From contig DASCPX010000193.1 of assembly GCA_036012755.1 (NCBI GenBank), forward strand, positions 1 through 64,000: a stretch of 64,000 nucleotides of DNA, in the 5' to 3' direction. Of the stretch, positions 1-9,885 are shown piece after piece; positions within the stretch are counted from its first letter, which is position 1, and each line of letters starts with the position of its first letter. Below the pieces are notes generated by a model. The model saw nothing but the letters and a program-made list of their open reading frames with translations. It searched no databases and was not told where the DNA came from. This DNA comes from Myxococcota bacterium. GTDB lineage: Bacteria; Myxococcota_A; UBA796; CAJQPC01. A program made the position numbers and the translations under genes.

Positions 1-99
1 CGAAGTCCTCTCCGAACCGACGAATGGCATCCCGGCCTTCGGGGTCGGTGCGAGTGCGGTCGACGACCGTGACCGATGTGACGTCCGGCGGCAAACCGA

Positions 100-197
100 T
101 GTGCGATCTGGGCGAGGCTGACGCGCCGGGTCCCCAAAAATGCACGCCCGTGTGCAATCTGGGCGAGGCTGACGCGCAGGGTCCCCAAAACTGCACG
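100..197. repeat. Two near-identical ~47-bp units (period 51 bp), each imperfectly palindromic; REP-like
   Basis: tgtgcgatctgggcgaggctgacgcgccgggtccccaaaaatgcacg (100-146) and tgtgcaatctgggcgaggctgacgcgcagggtccccaaaactgcacg (151-197); the ends GTGC(A/G)..TGGG / CCC..TGCAC can pair. Confidence 0.8.
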
Positions 198-214
198 GCT
201 GCCAGATCAGTGCT

Positions 215-237
215 CAAGGACCGTCCTGCGGTCCTTG
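215..237. terminator. Perfect 9-bp stem hairpin, possible terminator or RNA-stabilising element
   Basis: CAAGGACCG-tcctg-CGGTCCTTG downstream of the long minus-strand operon; no clear U-tail. Confidence 0.35.
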
Positions 238-281
238 GAGACCGATCAGGTCCTCGTGCGACAGGTCCTCGTCGTCGTCCC

Positions 282-378
282 CCGTCACCGTCACCGTCAC
301 CCGTCACCGTCACCGTCACCGTCACCGTCACCGTCACCGTCACCGTCACCGTCACCGTCACCGTCACCGTCACCGTCA
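282..378. repeat. (CCGTCA)n hexanucleotide microsatellite, 16 units with one extra C
   Basis: 3 units at 282-299, an extra C at 300, 13 units at 301-378; lies just past the stop codon at 387. Confidence 0.95.
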
Positions 379-386
379 GACATCTC

Positions 387-2078
387 TCAGCGCAACATCC
401 GCGCCACCAGCAACCCAATCCCTGTCGCGATCACCGTCGGGAGAAAAGCCGGCACTGTCCCTGCTGCTGCTACGCCCACCAGGACCGCCAGGACCGCGAT
501 CCCCACCAATCCCCCCAGCGGCCGAGCCCACCCGGGCAACCGTCTCGCCACCAGCGCTGTCCCCAACCCCGCGATCAACGCTGCCAGCGCGTCCCACAGT
601 GGCCTTCCCAGCCGCAAGGCCCGCTGCCGAGCCAATGACTCCAAGAGCGCCGCGTGCAGCTCTACTCCCTGCCTCGACCCAAGGGATGTTCGCAGCCGAT
701 CCCCTCGCCCAGACAGATCCCCGATGAACACCACCTTCCCTGCTGCTCCACCATAGGGCCCGCTCCAGTTCAACTCCGGGCTCGGACCCACTGGCGGCAG
801 GTGGAGCCGCCCTCCGGACAGCGGGTTCCGTGTGACCCCGACCTCCAGCTGCCCCTCGCGCACGACCGGCTCGGCGTTGAGGTGGGCGCCAAGCCCCAGC
901 ACCGCGAGATGCCAGGCGGATCCTTCCTCGACGGACATCTCTACCGGAGCCCGCCGGACCTTGCCAAAGAGCACATCCCGCTCGAACTCCGCGACGCCGA
1001 CGACGAGACCATCGATGACCGGCCTGGACACGGTCTCGCCATCCACACGAAGCGGAGCGATGACAGGTACTTCCAGCCCGGTCAGCGCCTCTGACAGCGC
1101 CGCGTCGTGCTCCGTCTCCGCGAGCAACAGCACATCGAGCACGACCGCCGTGGCCCCAGCCTCCTGGAGCTCCGACAGCAGCTGTGGATACTCCGCGCGC
1201 AGCTCCCGACGATCGACGTCGGCGGGCAGCGCAATCAGCACAGTCTCCTCGGCCTCCAGGGTGCCGTGCAGCAAGGAGACGACCGCCGGCCGCAGGGCCA
1301 GCTCCAGGAAGTCCAGCGCCGAGCTCAGCGCCAACAGCGGCGCCACGAGCACCAGCACCCACTGCCAGGGCAGGCGACGAGGGGGAGCCGCGCGGGGAAA
1401 CAGCGGCGCCAGAGCCGCCTCGAGTGTGGCCACCGGTCGAGCCAGCTCGTGCTCCGGCGCCCCCTCTCGAGGCAAGACGACCTGGCGCAGCCCCTCCGCT
1501 GCCCTCAGCTTGGCCGGGATGCCCGCTACCTTGGCGACTCGACCGTCCAGCTCGACCGCGCCGGTGAAGCCGACATCCCGAGGAATGCGTACCCCCTCGC
1601 GAGCCGCTCGCGTAGCAGCCGCGATGGCCAGTCCCAGCGAAGCGCCGCGGACCCTCTGCGCCTCTGAGAGCTGCCAGCGCACACCGAAGCGTCGGGCCTC
1701 GTCCCCGAGCGCAGCAGCGACCGCCACCTGGGCCCCGAGCAGGGTCTCCTGGGCCGCGCCCTGGGTCGTCCAGACCCCGCGCCCCCCAGCGGAGAGATCC
1801 ACGACGACCTCGACCTGGTGACCCTCGCCCCGACGGTCGACGACCAGGGCGATGGCCCGTGCCCTCAGCGGCGTGGCCTGGAGCGCGCGCCTCTCCAGCT
1901 CCTCCCTGATGCCTTCGTCCAGGACGTGGGGCAAGAGGCTCGCGGCCATCAGGGGATCCTCGGGCAGAGCCTCGCGAAGAGCCCGGTGGAGCTGACCGAG
2001 CGCGGTCTCGTGCCTGACGGAGTCCTCTGCGTCCTCTGCGGCGACGACCGCCTGGAGCAGCTCGCCGAGACCCCTCAT
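387..2078 (-). CDS. Lon/S16 protease domain - TM - CHASE2 sensor - 3 TM fusion protein
   Basis: GASLG...FTGAVELDGRVAKVAGIPAKLRAA..VVLP with Lys 43 residues after Ser, as in Lon; CHASE2-like motifs GATAVVLDVLL, DAALSEAL, GKVRRAP, GKVVFIG, GVELHAALLESL; hydrophobic C-terminus; start ATG 2078 overlaps the add stop (ATGA). Confidence 0.75.
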   Translation of the reverse strand: MRGLGELLQAVVAAEDAEDSVRHETALGQLHRALREALPEDPLMAASLLPHVLDEGIREELERRALQATPLRARAIALVVDRRGEGHQVEVVVDLSAGGRGVWTTQGAAQETLLGAQVAVAAALGDEARRFGVRWQLSEAQRVRGASLGLAIAAATRAAREGVRIPRDVGFTGAVELDGRVAKVAGIPAKLRAAEGLRQVVLPREGAPEHELARPVATLEAALAPLFPRAAPPRRLPWQWVLVLVAPLLALSSALDFLELALRPAVVSLLHGTLEAEETVLIALPADVDRRELRAEYPQLLSELQEAGATAVVLDVLLLAETEHDAALSEALTGLEVPVIAPLRVDGETVSRPVIDGLVVGVAEFERDVLFGKVRRAPVEMSVEEGSAWHLAVLGLGAHLNAEPVVREGQLEVGVTRNPLSGGRLHLPPVGPSPELNWSGPYGGAAGKVVFIGDLSGRGDRLRTSLGSRQGVELHAALLESLARQRALRLGRPLWDALAALIAGLGTALVARRLPGWARPLGGLVGIAVLAVLVGVAAAGTVPAFLPTVIATGIGLLVARMLR

Positions 2079-2965
2079 CGAACGAACGCGGCCTCGTGAC
2101 CGAAGGCGGTGAAGGCCTCGACCTGGACCGCGCCGATGCCCTCGATCCGCTGCACACGCTCGAGCTCCGCGGGCAGCGTCACGCCGGAGAGCAAGGTGTT
2201 GTCGGTGTTCACGCAGACCCGCACCCCCCGGCGCAGCCACCGGGCCAAGGGGTGGTCCTCGATCCGCGAGATCACCCCCGTGTGCCAGTTCGAGCTTGGA
2301 CAGGCCTCGATCGTCACCTCCTCTCCGAGCACGAGGTCGAGCACCTCGCCCGAGTCCAGAAGGGTCGTCCCGTGGCCGATGCGCTGAGCCTTCAGCTCCC
2401 TGATCGCGACAGCGATCTCCTCAGCCGGGCGACCCTCTCCAGCGTGCACCGTGCGTCCGATGCCGTAGGCCGCAGCACGCTGGAATGCCGAGCTGTAGGC
2501 CTCCATCCCGAAGCGGTGAAGCGGCGTGGGTCCGCCTGCGAGGTCGATGCCGACAACCCCCTCACGAGGGATCGCGGCCGCGACGAGCCGATCGAGCACC
2601 GCCGGGTCCTCGCCATAGAGACCGCAGAGGATCAGGCCTGCGCGCCCGTCGATGCCCTCCAGGGCGGCGTCGATGTAGGCCTCGAGCGGATCACCGTGGA
2701 GCTGGGGCGCGAAGCGGATCTCGAGGGTGGTGATGCCCTCTACCGCGGCGTCCTCGCACATCTCGTCGGCGATCCGGGTGACCGCGGCAGGGCTGCGGAG
2801 CAGGGACAGGGTGAAGGCGAAGCGCGACAGGGCGGCGTCGAGGCCCATGCCCGGTGAAAACGCGAGCTTCTGTGGTACGTCCAGGCTGAGCACGTCGGCG
2901 AGGTAGCGCACCGTGCCCGGGCGCAGCGAGCCGTCGAGGTGGCGGTGCAGCTCGCTCAGTCCCAC
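2075..2965 (-). CDS. add: Adenosine deaminase family protein
   Basis: ELHRHLDGS, EIRFAP, GIDLAG, TVHAGE, RIGHG, EACPSSN, NTDN motifs. Confidence 0.9.
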   Translation of the reverse strand: MGLSELHRHLDGSLRPGTVRYLADVLSLDVPQKLAFSPGMGLDAALSRFAFTLSLLRSPAAVTRIADEMCEDAAVEGITTLEIRFAPQLHGDPLEAYIDAALEGIDGRAGLILCGLYGEDPAVLDRLVAAAIPREGVVGIDLAGGPTPLHRFGMEAYSSAFQRAAAYGIGRTVHAGEGRPAEEIAVAIRELKAQRIGHGTTLLDSGEVLDLVLGEEVTIEACPSSNWHTGVISRIEDHPLARWLRRGVRVCVNTDNTLLSGVTLPAELERVQRIEGIGAVQVEAFTAFGHEAAFVR

Positions 2966-3555
2966 AAGGTCCGACCCGCCTCTGCCAGCGCCGGCTCCAG
3001 CAGGGAGTCGAGGTGGGGGAAGACCTTGACCGGCACGTCGAGCAGGCGCCCGAGGTCATCGAAGTTGTGGGTCGAGCTGTGGTCCGGGCAGCGCCGGTTG
3101 AGCACGACCCCGCAGCAGGAGAGTCCGCGAGCGCGGATGGCGTCGACCGTGAGTCGAGTGTGGGAGATCACGCCGATCCGATCCGCCGCGACCACGAGCA
3201 CCGGCCAGCCGAGCACCGCCGCGAGATCGGCCACGTCGTGCCACCAGTCCAGGGGCACCTTCCAGCCACCGACACCCTCGACGATGCAGCGCTCGGCCTG
3301 GTGCTTGCGGATCCAGGCGACCACCTCTGTGAGCGCGATGCGGCGGCCTTCCAGCTCCGCGGCGCGGTGCGGCGACAGGGGGTTCTCCAAGGAGACCCCG
3401 ATGGGCGAGCCGAGCAGCTCGGCGTCCCCGTCGCCTCCGGTGGCGACCGGCTTCAAGGCCACACGCCCGGGATCCGCGGCACGGATCGCAGCGGACACGA
3501 CGGTCTTCCCGACGTCAGTGTCGGTGCCCGTGACGAAGAGCCGCTGGGGGATCAT
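2956..3555 (-). CDS. bioD: Dethiobiotin synthetase
   Basis: FVTGTDTDVGKT P-loop, KPVATG, SPHRAA, VEGVGG, GVISHTRLT. Confidence 0.92.
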   Translation of the reverse strand: MIPQRLFVTGTDTDVGKTVVSAAIRAADPGRVALKPVATGGDGDAELLGSPIGVSLENPLSPHRAAELEGRRIALTEVVAWIRKHQAERCIVEGVGGWKVPLDWWHDVADLAAVLGWPVLVVAADRIGVISHTRLTVDAIRARGLSCCGVVLNRRCPDHSSTHNFDDLGRLLDVPVKVFPHLDSLLEPALAEAGRTLWD

Positions 3556-4049
3556 TCCTCTGATGCCTGAGCGTAGGTGGTGGGCTTCGGCTTGCGGCTG
3601 ACCTCGTCGGCGAGGGTATCGAAGAGCTCGCCAGCGACGGCACCCACACCCTCGCTGAAGACCCTCGCGCCCTGCACCAGGGGCGACCAGCCGTCATCGT
3701 CCGCCGAGTCCACCCGCTCGGACTCTCGTCCCTTCTCCCGGGTGGCGTCGACGGCGTCGCCAGGCTCGGTCGGGTGTTCGGTCATTCCCTCGCCCGCGGA
3801 GCGAAGCCAGTGGCCGACGGCCTCGCCGGCCTTCTCGATGGCGCCGTCGATCTCCGGGGTGACGACCGTGCGGTCAGGCTCGCCCTCGGCGACGTCCGCC
3901 CGCGGTCCGAGCACCTTGCCCGCTACTCCGGTGGCGAACTTGCCGAGATCGTGGAGCCCATCGGAGAGGTCCTGGACGAGCTTGTCGGCCGGTTTCTCCT
4001 GCTCCTCTGAAGCATCGTCGTTCTCGATGGGGGTGTCGTCGGTGCTCAT
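3552..4049 (-). CDS. Hypothetical acidic protein
   Basis: MSTDDTP... start overlaps the upstream stop (ATGA) with GGAGG upstream; coupled at both ends inside an operon. Confidence 0.7.
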   Translation of the reverse strand: MSTDDTPIENDDASEEQEKPADKLVQDLSDGLHDLGKFATGVAGKVLGPRADVAEGEPDRTVVTPEIDGAIEKAGEAVGHWLRSAGEGMTEHPTEPGDAVDATREKGRESERVDSADDDGWSPLVQGARVFSEGVGAVAGELFDTLADEVSRKPKPTTYAQASEE

Positions 4050-4807
4050 GTGGTCCTCCAGTGATCTCTCTCGCGCACGACCTCGCCTCTGGCTTCGAGC
4101 CACTGCAGGTGGCACACGGCTTGACGGGCGGCGAGAGGGTAGACAAAGCGCGGAATGGTGTCGCCGTAGACGATCTCTACGACTCCGAGGGGATCTACGG
4201 CGCCCGCCGCGAGGGCATTGCGGATCTGCTCCGTGCGGTGATTGCGATGGTCGATGTACTCGTCGAGCTTGGCCACGGCGTCGGTGATGGGCGCGCCATG
4301 AGCCGGGTGGAGCACTCGGGGGGAGAGCGCCTTGAGCCGCTCCAGTGACGCCAGGTAGAGGGCGAGGTCTCCCTCCGGCGGGTCGAGGACGATGGTGCCG
4401 TCCGAGGCGATCATGTCGCCACAGACCACCTCTCCATCCCGATGGAGACAGAGGTGACCAGGGGTGTGGCCAGGGGTGAGGAGCACCTCCCAGCCATGCA
4501 GATCGTCGCCATCGTCGAGGGTCTGGTCGACCTCGAAGGGGAGGGCCTCTGCCGTCCAGGCATGGGCCAACACCGGCAGGGCCAGGGCCGCGCGGAGCCG
4601 CCGCACACCGCCGATGTGATCCGGGTGGTGGTGGGTCAGCAGGATGCGTTCGGGGGCGCGATCCGCGAGCCACTGCTCCAGGCGCTCCTGCTCCTCTGGC
4701 CAGGGCGAGGCGGGCTCGACGACGGTCCGGCCATCGAGCAGGTAGCAGTTGGTGTGCGTCGCCGGCGGCAGCGTCGGCGTGCGGAGGGCAAGGACCTCGA
4801 CGCTCAC
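4046..4807 (-). CDS. MBL-fold metallo-hydrolase (LACTB2-like, C-terminal winged helix)
   Basis: TPTLPPATHTNCY, THHHPDHIGG, TPGHTPGH, GD, PAHG; GTG start overlaps the upstream stop. Confidence 0.88.
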   Translation of the reverse strand: MSVEVLALRTPTLPPATHTNCYLLDGRTVVEPASPWPEEQERLEQWLADRAPERILLTHHHPDHIGGVRRLRAALALPVLAHAWTAEALPFEVDQTLDDGDDLHGWEVLLTPGHTPGHLCLHRDGEVVCGDMIASDGTIVLDPPEGDLALYLASLERLKALSPRVLHPAHGAPITDAVAKLDEYIDHRNHRTEQIRNALAAGAVDPLGVVEIVYGDTIPRFVYPLAARQAVCHLQWLEARGEVVRERDHWRTT

Positions 4808-5997
4808 AGGACCTTCTGGCTCATGAAGAACAGCAGCGCCATCAAGAACAGCAGGCAGACCAACAGGACGGTCCACTCGCCGAAGATCGGGTGGCGACGC
4901 TCCTCCGGCAGCGCAGGACTGATCGGAGGAAGCTCGGGGAGCACGTCGGTCTCGGTGTCGATGTCCCGGCTGTCCTCGTCGAGCAGTGGGAGCGCCTTGG
5001 GGTTGCCCAGCAGCACCGGGGGCTCGGCCGTGTCGAGCTCGCGGCGGAGCTGCTCTCGCACGTCCCGGCTGACCTGCCGCTCCCCCTCGCCCACCCGGTG
5101 GAAGCCGGTGGGCACATCGACGGGATCGACCAGCTCGGAGAGGCGTGCGTGCACCCTGGCGTGGAGCTCGTGCCGGGCGCTGGGGCCTCCGTGCTCGCGG
5201 TGCAGGCCATGGAGCGCGCGGAGGAGCTCGCGGTCGACCCGGTAGCGATCGCGCGGGTCGTAGGCGAGGACCTTGCGCAGCAGCCGCGCCGCCGACGGGA
5301 AGCGGACGTCGAGGTCCCCCAGTGGCCCCTCGACCGACTCCAACAACAGCGGCGTGCCGTCGGTGCCGAGGTCCTGCAAGGGCATGCCCGCGAGCAGCTC
5401 GTAGAGGATCGCGCCGACCATCCACTGGTCACCGGCCAACTCGGCGATGCCGCCCCCGCGACGCTCTGGGGGCAAATAACGCGGATCCGCCTGGTCCCAT
5501 GGCCCGCCCAGACCGAGGACGTACAGGTCGCCCTCTGCGTCGATGAGGACCCTGGTCGGGTCAAGCCAGCCGTGGGCGATGCGACCACCGCCATCCAGCA
5601 GGATGCTGTGGGCGGCCCGCAGGGCGTGGGCGATCTCGAGGACGAGGTCCAGCGCCGTAGAGGGCGACAGCGGCACGAAGCCCCGGCGGGCGGCCTCCAG
5701 GATCTGCTCCAGCGTGACGCCTTCGATGTGCTGGAGGACAAGGGCCCCCTGGCCGGCGAAGAAGCCCACGACCGTGGGGATCCGTGGGTCGTCGACCCGG
5801 CGGAGCGCCTCGTACTCGCCACGGAGTGAGTGGGCGGCGTCGAGGTCGTCCACGTCGGCGACCAGGCGCACATCGACGTGCTGAGGCTCCTTCAGGGTGC
5901 CGTCGTCCCGGCGAGCCTCCCAGTGCTCCAACCCGCCGCCCTCGGACAGACGTCCGACCAGCTCGAAGGGACCGATGCGCTCGCCGATCGCCGCCAC
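4804..5997 (-). CDS. Ser/Thr kinase-fold protein with degenerate catalytic motifs (pseudokinase) and a C-terminal TM
   Basis: IGPFELVGRL..GG, GVTLEQIL, YLPPE, DQWMVGAILYELLAG, DPRDRY; HRD replaced by HGW, DFG replaced by GLG. Confidence 0.75.
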   Translation of the reverse strand: MAAIGERIGPFELVGRLSEGGGLEHWEARRDDGTLKEPQHVDVRLVADVDDLDAAHSLRGEYEALRRVDDPRIPTVVGFFAGQGALVLQHIEGVTLEQILEAARRGFVPLSPSTALDLVLEIAHALRAAHSILLDGGGRIAHGWLDPTRVLIDAEGDLYVLGLGGPWDQADPRYLPPERRGGGIAELAGDQWMVGAILYELLAGMPLQDLGTDGTPLLLESVEGPLGDLDVRFPSAARLLRKVLAYDPRDRYRVDRELLRALHGLHREHGGPSARHELHARVHARLSELVDPVDVPTGFHRVGEGERQVSRDVREQLRRELDTAEPPVLLGNPKALPLLDEDSRDIDTETDVLPELPPISPALPEERRHPIFGEWTVLLVCLLFLMALLFFMSQKVL

Positions 5998-6009
5998 GAC
6001 TCTCCAGAC

Positions 6010-9000
6010 TCAGAGATTCCGACGATACTCGCCGCCGACCTCGTAGAGCGCCCTGGTGATCTGCCCGAGGCTGGCGACGCGCACGGTGTCCATCAGCTCG
6101 TCGAAGAGGTTGCCCCCGGAGAGCGCCACCTCTGCGAGCTTGCGGAGAGCGGCCTCGCACTGGTCGGCGTGCTCTGCCTGGAAGGACCGCACCGACTCGA
6201 TCTGCGCGTCCTTCTCTGCATAGGTGGCGCGTCGGAGCTCCGGCTCCGGAGGCTCCCAGTCGTCCGCGAGGGTGGCCGGGTCCTCGAAGGTGTTGATGCC
6301 CACCAGCGGCAGCTCACCGGAGTGCTTGAGCTGCTCGTAGTGGAGCGACTCCTCCTGGATCCGCCCCCGCTGGTACTGGCGCTCCATCGCGCCGAGCACG
6401 CCACCGCGCTCGTCGAGGCGCCCGAACTCGGCGAGCACCGCCTCCTCGACGAGGTCCGTGAGCTCCTCGACGATGAAGCTGCCCTGCAGGGCGTTCTCGT
6501 TCGCGAGCAGGCCGAACTCCTTCGCCAGGATCAGCTGGATCGCCATGGCTCGGCGGACCGAGTCCTCTGTCGGGGTGGTGATGGCCTCGTCGTAAGCGTT
6601 GGTGTGGAGGCTGTTGCAGTTGTCGTAGAGCGCGAGCAGCGCCTGCAACGTGGTTCGCACGTCGTTGAACTGGATCTCGCGAGCGTGGAGGGATCGGCCG
6701 CTGGTCTGGATGTGGTACTTCAGCTTCTGGCTGCGCTCGGAGGCGCCGTAGCGCTCGCGCATCGCGACGGCCCAGATGCGGCGAGCCACACGGCCGATGA
6801 CCGTGTACTCGGGGTCCATGCCGTTGCTGAAGAAGAAGGACAGGTTCGGCGCGAAGTCGTCGATGTCCATGCCGCGGGCGAGGAAGGCCTCGACGAAGGT
6901 GAAGCCGTTGGCCAGCGTGAAGGCCAGCTGGCTGACGGGGTTCGCTCCGGCCTCTGCGATGTGGTAGCCGCTGATGCTCACCGAGTAGTAGTTCCTGACT
7001 CCGTTTTCGATGAACCACTGCTGAATGTCTCCCTGCATGCGCAGGGCGAACTCGGTCGAGAAGATGCAGGTGTTCTGTGCCTGATCCTCCTTGAGGATGT
7101 CGGCCTGTACCGTGCCGCGCACCCTTCGTAGGGCCTCTTCGCGGGTCATCCCGGACTCGGCCGCCTGGTCGATGGCGGTGTTCAGGTACATCGCCAGCAG
7201 GATGGGGGCGGGCCCGTTGATGGTCATCGAGACCGACGTCGTCGGCGCGCAGAGGTCGAAGCCCCCGTAGAGCACCCTCATGTCGTCGAGGTGAGGCACC
7301 GACACGCCCGCCTCGCCGACCTTGCCGTAGATGTCGGGTCGGACATCGGGGTCTTCGCCGTAGAGCGTGGCGCTGTCGAAGGCGGTGGAGAGTCGATGGA
7401 CCGGCTCGCCCTCGCAGAGGTAGTGGAAGCGCGCGTTGGTGCGAGCAGGGCCGCCCTCGCCCGCGAACATGCGCTTGGGCAGCTCGCCGAGGCGCTTGAG
7501 CGGGAAGACACCCGAGGTGAAGGGGAAGTGCCCGGGCAGGTTCTCGCACAGCCGCCAGCGCAGGATCTCGGCGTCCGAGCTGAACTTCGGCAGCGCCACC
7601 CGGCGGATCTGCTGGTGCGAGAGCGACTCGTGGACCAGCGTCTGGCGGACCTCGCGCCCCCTCACGGTGTAGACGAGCTCGTCGCCGGCGTACTGCTCCT
7701 TGATCGCCTCCCAGTCCGACAGCAGGGCATCGGCCCGCTCGTCGAGGACCACGACGCTGGGATCGATGTGGAGCTCTGGGAGGAGCTCAGCGGCTCGTCG
7801 CAGGGCGGCGCGATCCCCGGCCAGCGCGACCTGCTGCTCGCTCCAGGCGTGGTAGTCGGCCACGGTCTGCTGGATGCGGCCGAGGTAGTCCTGGCGTCCA
7901 CCGGGGATGAGCCCGTGGCGCTGGGGGCTGGCCTTCGGGCCGTCCGGGACGAGAGTCCGGTGGGGTTCGCCGGTGTGGGCCTCGAGCAGCCCGAGCAGGT
8001 GGCGGTAGGCGGCGTTGACGCCGGGGTCGTTGAACTGGGAGGAGATGGTGCCGAAGACCGGGAGCTCATCCAGGTCCGCGTGGAAGAGCTCGCGGTTGCG
8101 CGAGAACTGCTTGCGCACGTCGCGGAAGGCGTCCTCGGCCCCCCGGCGATCGAACTTGTTGACCACGACCACGTCGGCGAAGTCGAGCATGTCGATCTTC
8201 TCGAGCTGGGTTGCGGCGCCGTACTCCGGGGTCATCACGTAGATGCCGATGTCGACGAGGTCCATGACCGCGCTGTCGCCCTGCCCGATGCCGCTGGTCT
8301 CGACGATGACGAGGTCGTAGCCGGCGTCCTTGCAGGCGGCGACGGCATCGACTGTGGCCGCGGACAGCGCCCCGCCGGCGGAGCGCGTGGCGAGGCTGCG
8401 CATGAAGCAGCGACCGCCGTGGATGTTGTTCATGCGGATGCGGTCGCCAAGCAGCGCCCCACCGGTCCGCTTGCGGGTCGGATCGATCGACAGGATCGCG
8501 ACCCGACGCACGGGATCGTCGCGCAGGTAGCGCAGGACGAGCTCGTCGGTGAAGCTCGACTTCCCGGCCCCGCCGGTGCCCGTGATGCCGACGACCGGAA
8601 GGGGCAGCGCTGCCGCGGCGTCGAGGCGAATCCGCAGGTCACCCGGCATCGAGCCGGCGCTGTCGACCTCGCGCTCGCAGAGCGTGATCGTCCGCGGGAG
8701 CCCGACCGGACCATGCTCGCTGACGTCGAAGTCGGCCCGTCGAACCAGGTCCGAGATCATGCCGACGAGGCCCATGCGCCGGCCGTCCTCTGGGGAGTAG
8801 ATCCGGGTGATGCCGTAGTCGTGGAGCTCGCGGACCTCTCGCGGCACGATGACGCCGCCCCCGCCTCCGAAGATGCGGATGTGCTCGGCCCCGGCTTCGA
8901 CGAGAAGGTCCCGGGCGTACTTGAAGTACTCGAGGTGGCCACCCTGGTAGGACGAGATCGCGATGGCCTGGGCGTCTTCGTCCAAGGCAGCCTTCACGAC

Positions 9001-9159
9001 CTGCTGGACCGAGCGGTTGTGTCCGAGGTGCACGACCTCGCAGCCGTGGGCCTGGATCAGCCGCCGCATCACGTTGATGGCCGCGTCGTGTCCATCGAAC
9101 AACGACGCGGCCGTGACGACGCGCACACGGTGACGGGGCGTGTACTTCTCGGGGCTCAT
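6010..9159 (-). CDS. icmF: Fused isobutyryl-CoA mutase / MeaB-like GTPase
   Basis: N-terminal B12-binding [16 protein letters not shown]; GTPase [20 protein letters not shown]; mutase [33 protein letters not shown]. Confidence 0.95.
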   Translation of the reverse strand: MSPEKYTPRHRVRVVTAASLFDGHDAAINVMRRLIQAHGCEVVHLGHNRSVQQVVKAALDEDAQAIAISSYQGGHLEYFKYARDLLVEAGAEHIRIFGGGGGVIVPREVRELHDYGITRIYSPEDGRRMGLVGMISDLVRRADFDVSEHGPVGLPRTITLCEREVDSAGSMPGDLRIRLDAAAALPLPVVGITGTGGAGKSSFTDELVLRYLRDDPVRRVAILSIDPTRKRTGGALLGDRIRMNNIHGGRCFMRSLATRSAGGALSAATVDAVAACKDAGYDLVIVETSGIGQGDSAVMDLVDIGIYVMTPEYGAATQLEKIDMLDFADVVVVNKFDRRGAEDAFRDVRKQFSRNRELFHADLDELPVFGTISSQFNDPGVNAAYRHLLGLLEAHTGEPHRTLVPDGPKASPQRHGLIPGGRQDYLGRIQQTVADYHAWSEQQVALAGDRAALRRAAELLPELHIDPSVVVLDERADALLSDWEAIKEQYAGDELVYTVRGREVRQTLVHESLSHQQIRRVALPKFSSDAEILRWRLCENLPGHFPFTSGVFPLKRLGELPKRMFAGEGGPARTNARFHYLCEGEPVHRLSTAFDSATLYGEDPDVRPDIYGKVGEAGVSVPHLDDMRVLYGGFDLCAPTTSVSMTINGPAPILLAMYLNTAIDQAAESGMTREEALRRVRGTVQADILKEDQAQNTCIFSTEFALRMQGDIQQWFIENGVRNYYSVSISGYHIAEAGANPVSQLAFTLANGFTFVEAFLARGMDIDDFAPNLSFFFSNGMDPEYTVIGRVARRIWAVAMRERYGASERSQKLKYHIQTSGRSLHAREIQFNDVRTTLQALLALYDNCNSLHTNAYDEAITTPTEDSVRRAMAIQLILAKEFGLLANENALQGSFIVEELTDLVEEAVLAEFGRLDERGGVLGAMERQYQRGRIQEESLHYEQLKHSGELPLVGINTFEDPATLADDWEPPEPELRRATYAEKDAQIESVRSFQAEHADQCEAALRKLAEVALSGGNLFDELMDTVRVASLGQITRALYEVGGEYRRNL

Positions 9160-9175
9160 GCCCTACTGGTAACGC

Positions 9176-9526
9176 CTATGGCGAGGGAATCGGAGCGATG
9201 CCGATGGGGGTCGGGGTGGGCTCGATCGAGATCGTGCCCGTGTCGCGGCCTGCGACGTAGTCGAACTCGATGCCGCCTTCGCGGGTGAGCCCGATGGGAC
9301 CGATCTCGAAGCCCACGCGTGCGTCCGACTCCACGCGGCAGCGCAGGTCACCACGCGGAGTGGCCTTGCAGAAGACGGTGACGTCCCCGAGATCGCGCCC
9401 ATCCATGGTGGCGATTTCGTATTCGTCAGGGCTGTTCTGTATGACATCCGAGACGGACACGTCCATCACACCGGTGAGGGTAGAGCTGGACATTCCAGCG
9501 AAAGCTGCGGCAATAAAGAGCATCAT
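9176..9526 (-). CDS. Hypothetical secreted protein
   Basis: Strong RBS (AGGAGG); short hydrophobic leader MMLFIAAAFAG; two Cys. Confidence 0.65.
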   Translation of the reverse strand: MMLFIAAAFAGMSSSTLTGVMDVSVSDVIQNSPDEYEIATMDGRDLGDVTVFCKATPRGDLRCRVESDARVGFEIGPIGLTREGGIEFDYVAGRDTGTISIEPTPTPIGIAPIPSP

Positions 9527-9677
9527 CGTTTGATACCTCCTGTTGGTGAAACGTCCTGCCCTTCCTGTACTTTCAGTCGCTTTCTCTCACTTCTCTGTCA
9601 CGACTCGTCGACCGGACAGCAGTGAGATGGCACGGCAAGACCAGGCCCGGGACCATCCGGTTCCGGGGTGCCGATTC

Positions 9678-9866
9678 CTACTCCCCCTTACAGAAGAAAC
9701 CCGCGAGGCGTTTCGAAAAAGGCGACGCCCCGGGGCGGGGGGCGGAGAGATCCTCGCTGCCAGCCGGGACCAGCTCGAGGTCGCAGTCGACACAGACCGC
9801 GCCGAGCCCGAACTGCCGCCCACAAGCCGGGCACTCCAGAGGTTCGCCGTTGTCCGTGTAGGCCAA
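9678..9866 (-). CDS. Small zinc-ribbon-like protein
   Basis: GGAGG before TTG at 9866; CPAC...CVDC. Confidence 0.55.
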   Translation of the reverse strand: MAYTDNGEPLECPACGRQFGLGAVCVDCDLELVPAGSEDLSAPRPGASPFSKRLAGFFCKGE

Positions 9867-9885
9867 GGTGCCTCCTGGCGAAAAG

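Noticed and set aside
100..197. Possible mini CRISPR array
   Set aside because: Only two ~47-bp units separated by 4 bp, with no unique spacers and no cas genes in the window
24..756. ORFs 24..638 and 235..756 with VT/PS dipeptide runs
   Set aside because: Translations of the CCGTCA microsatellite plus antisense of the Lon-CHASE2 gene; no family motifs
387..2078. Antiphage Lon effector (CalpL or BrxL type)
   Set aside because: No SAVED/CARF or AAA+ domain and no CRISPR, CBASS or BREX genes nearby; the context is metabolic
2075..2965. Assigning add and the 60948..61502 nucleosidase to the futalosine menaquinone pathway
   Set aside because: Plausible, but the genes are 58 kb apart and no mqnA/C/D/E is visible; specificity cannot be read from motifs
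9628..9645. TGGCACG as a second sigma-54 promoter
   Set aside because: No TTGC at the -12 position (reads GACC)
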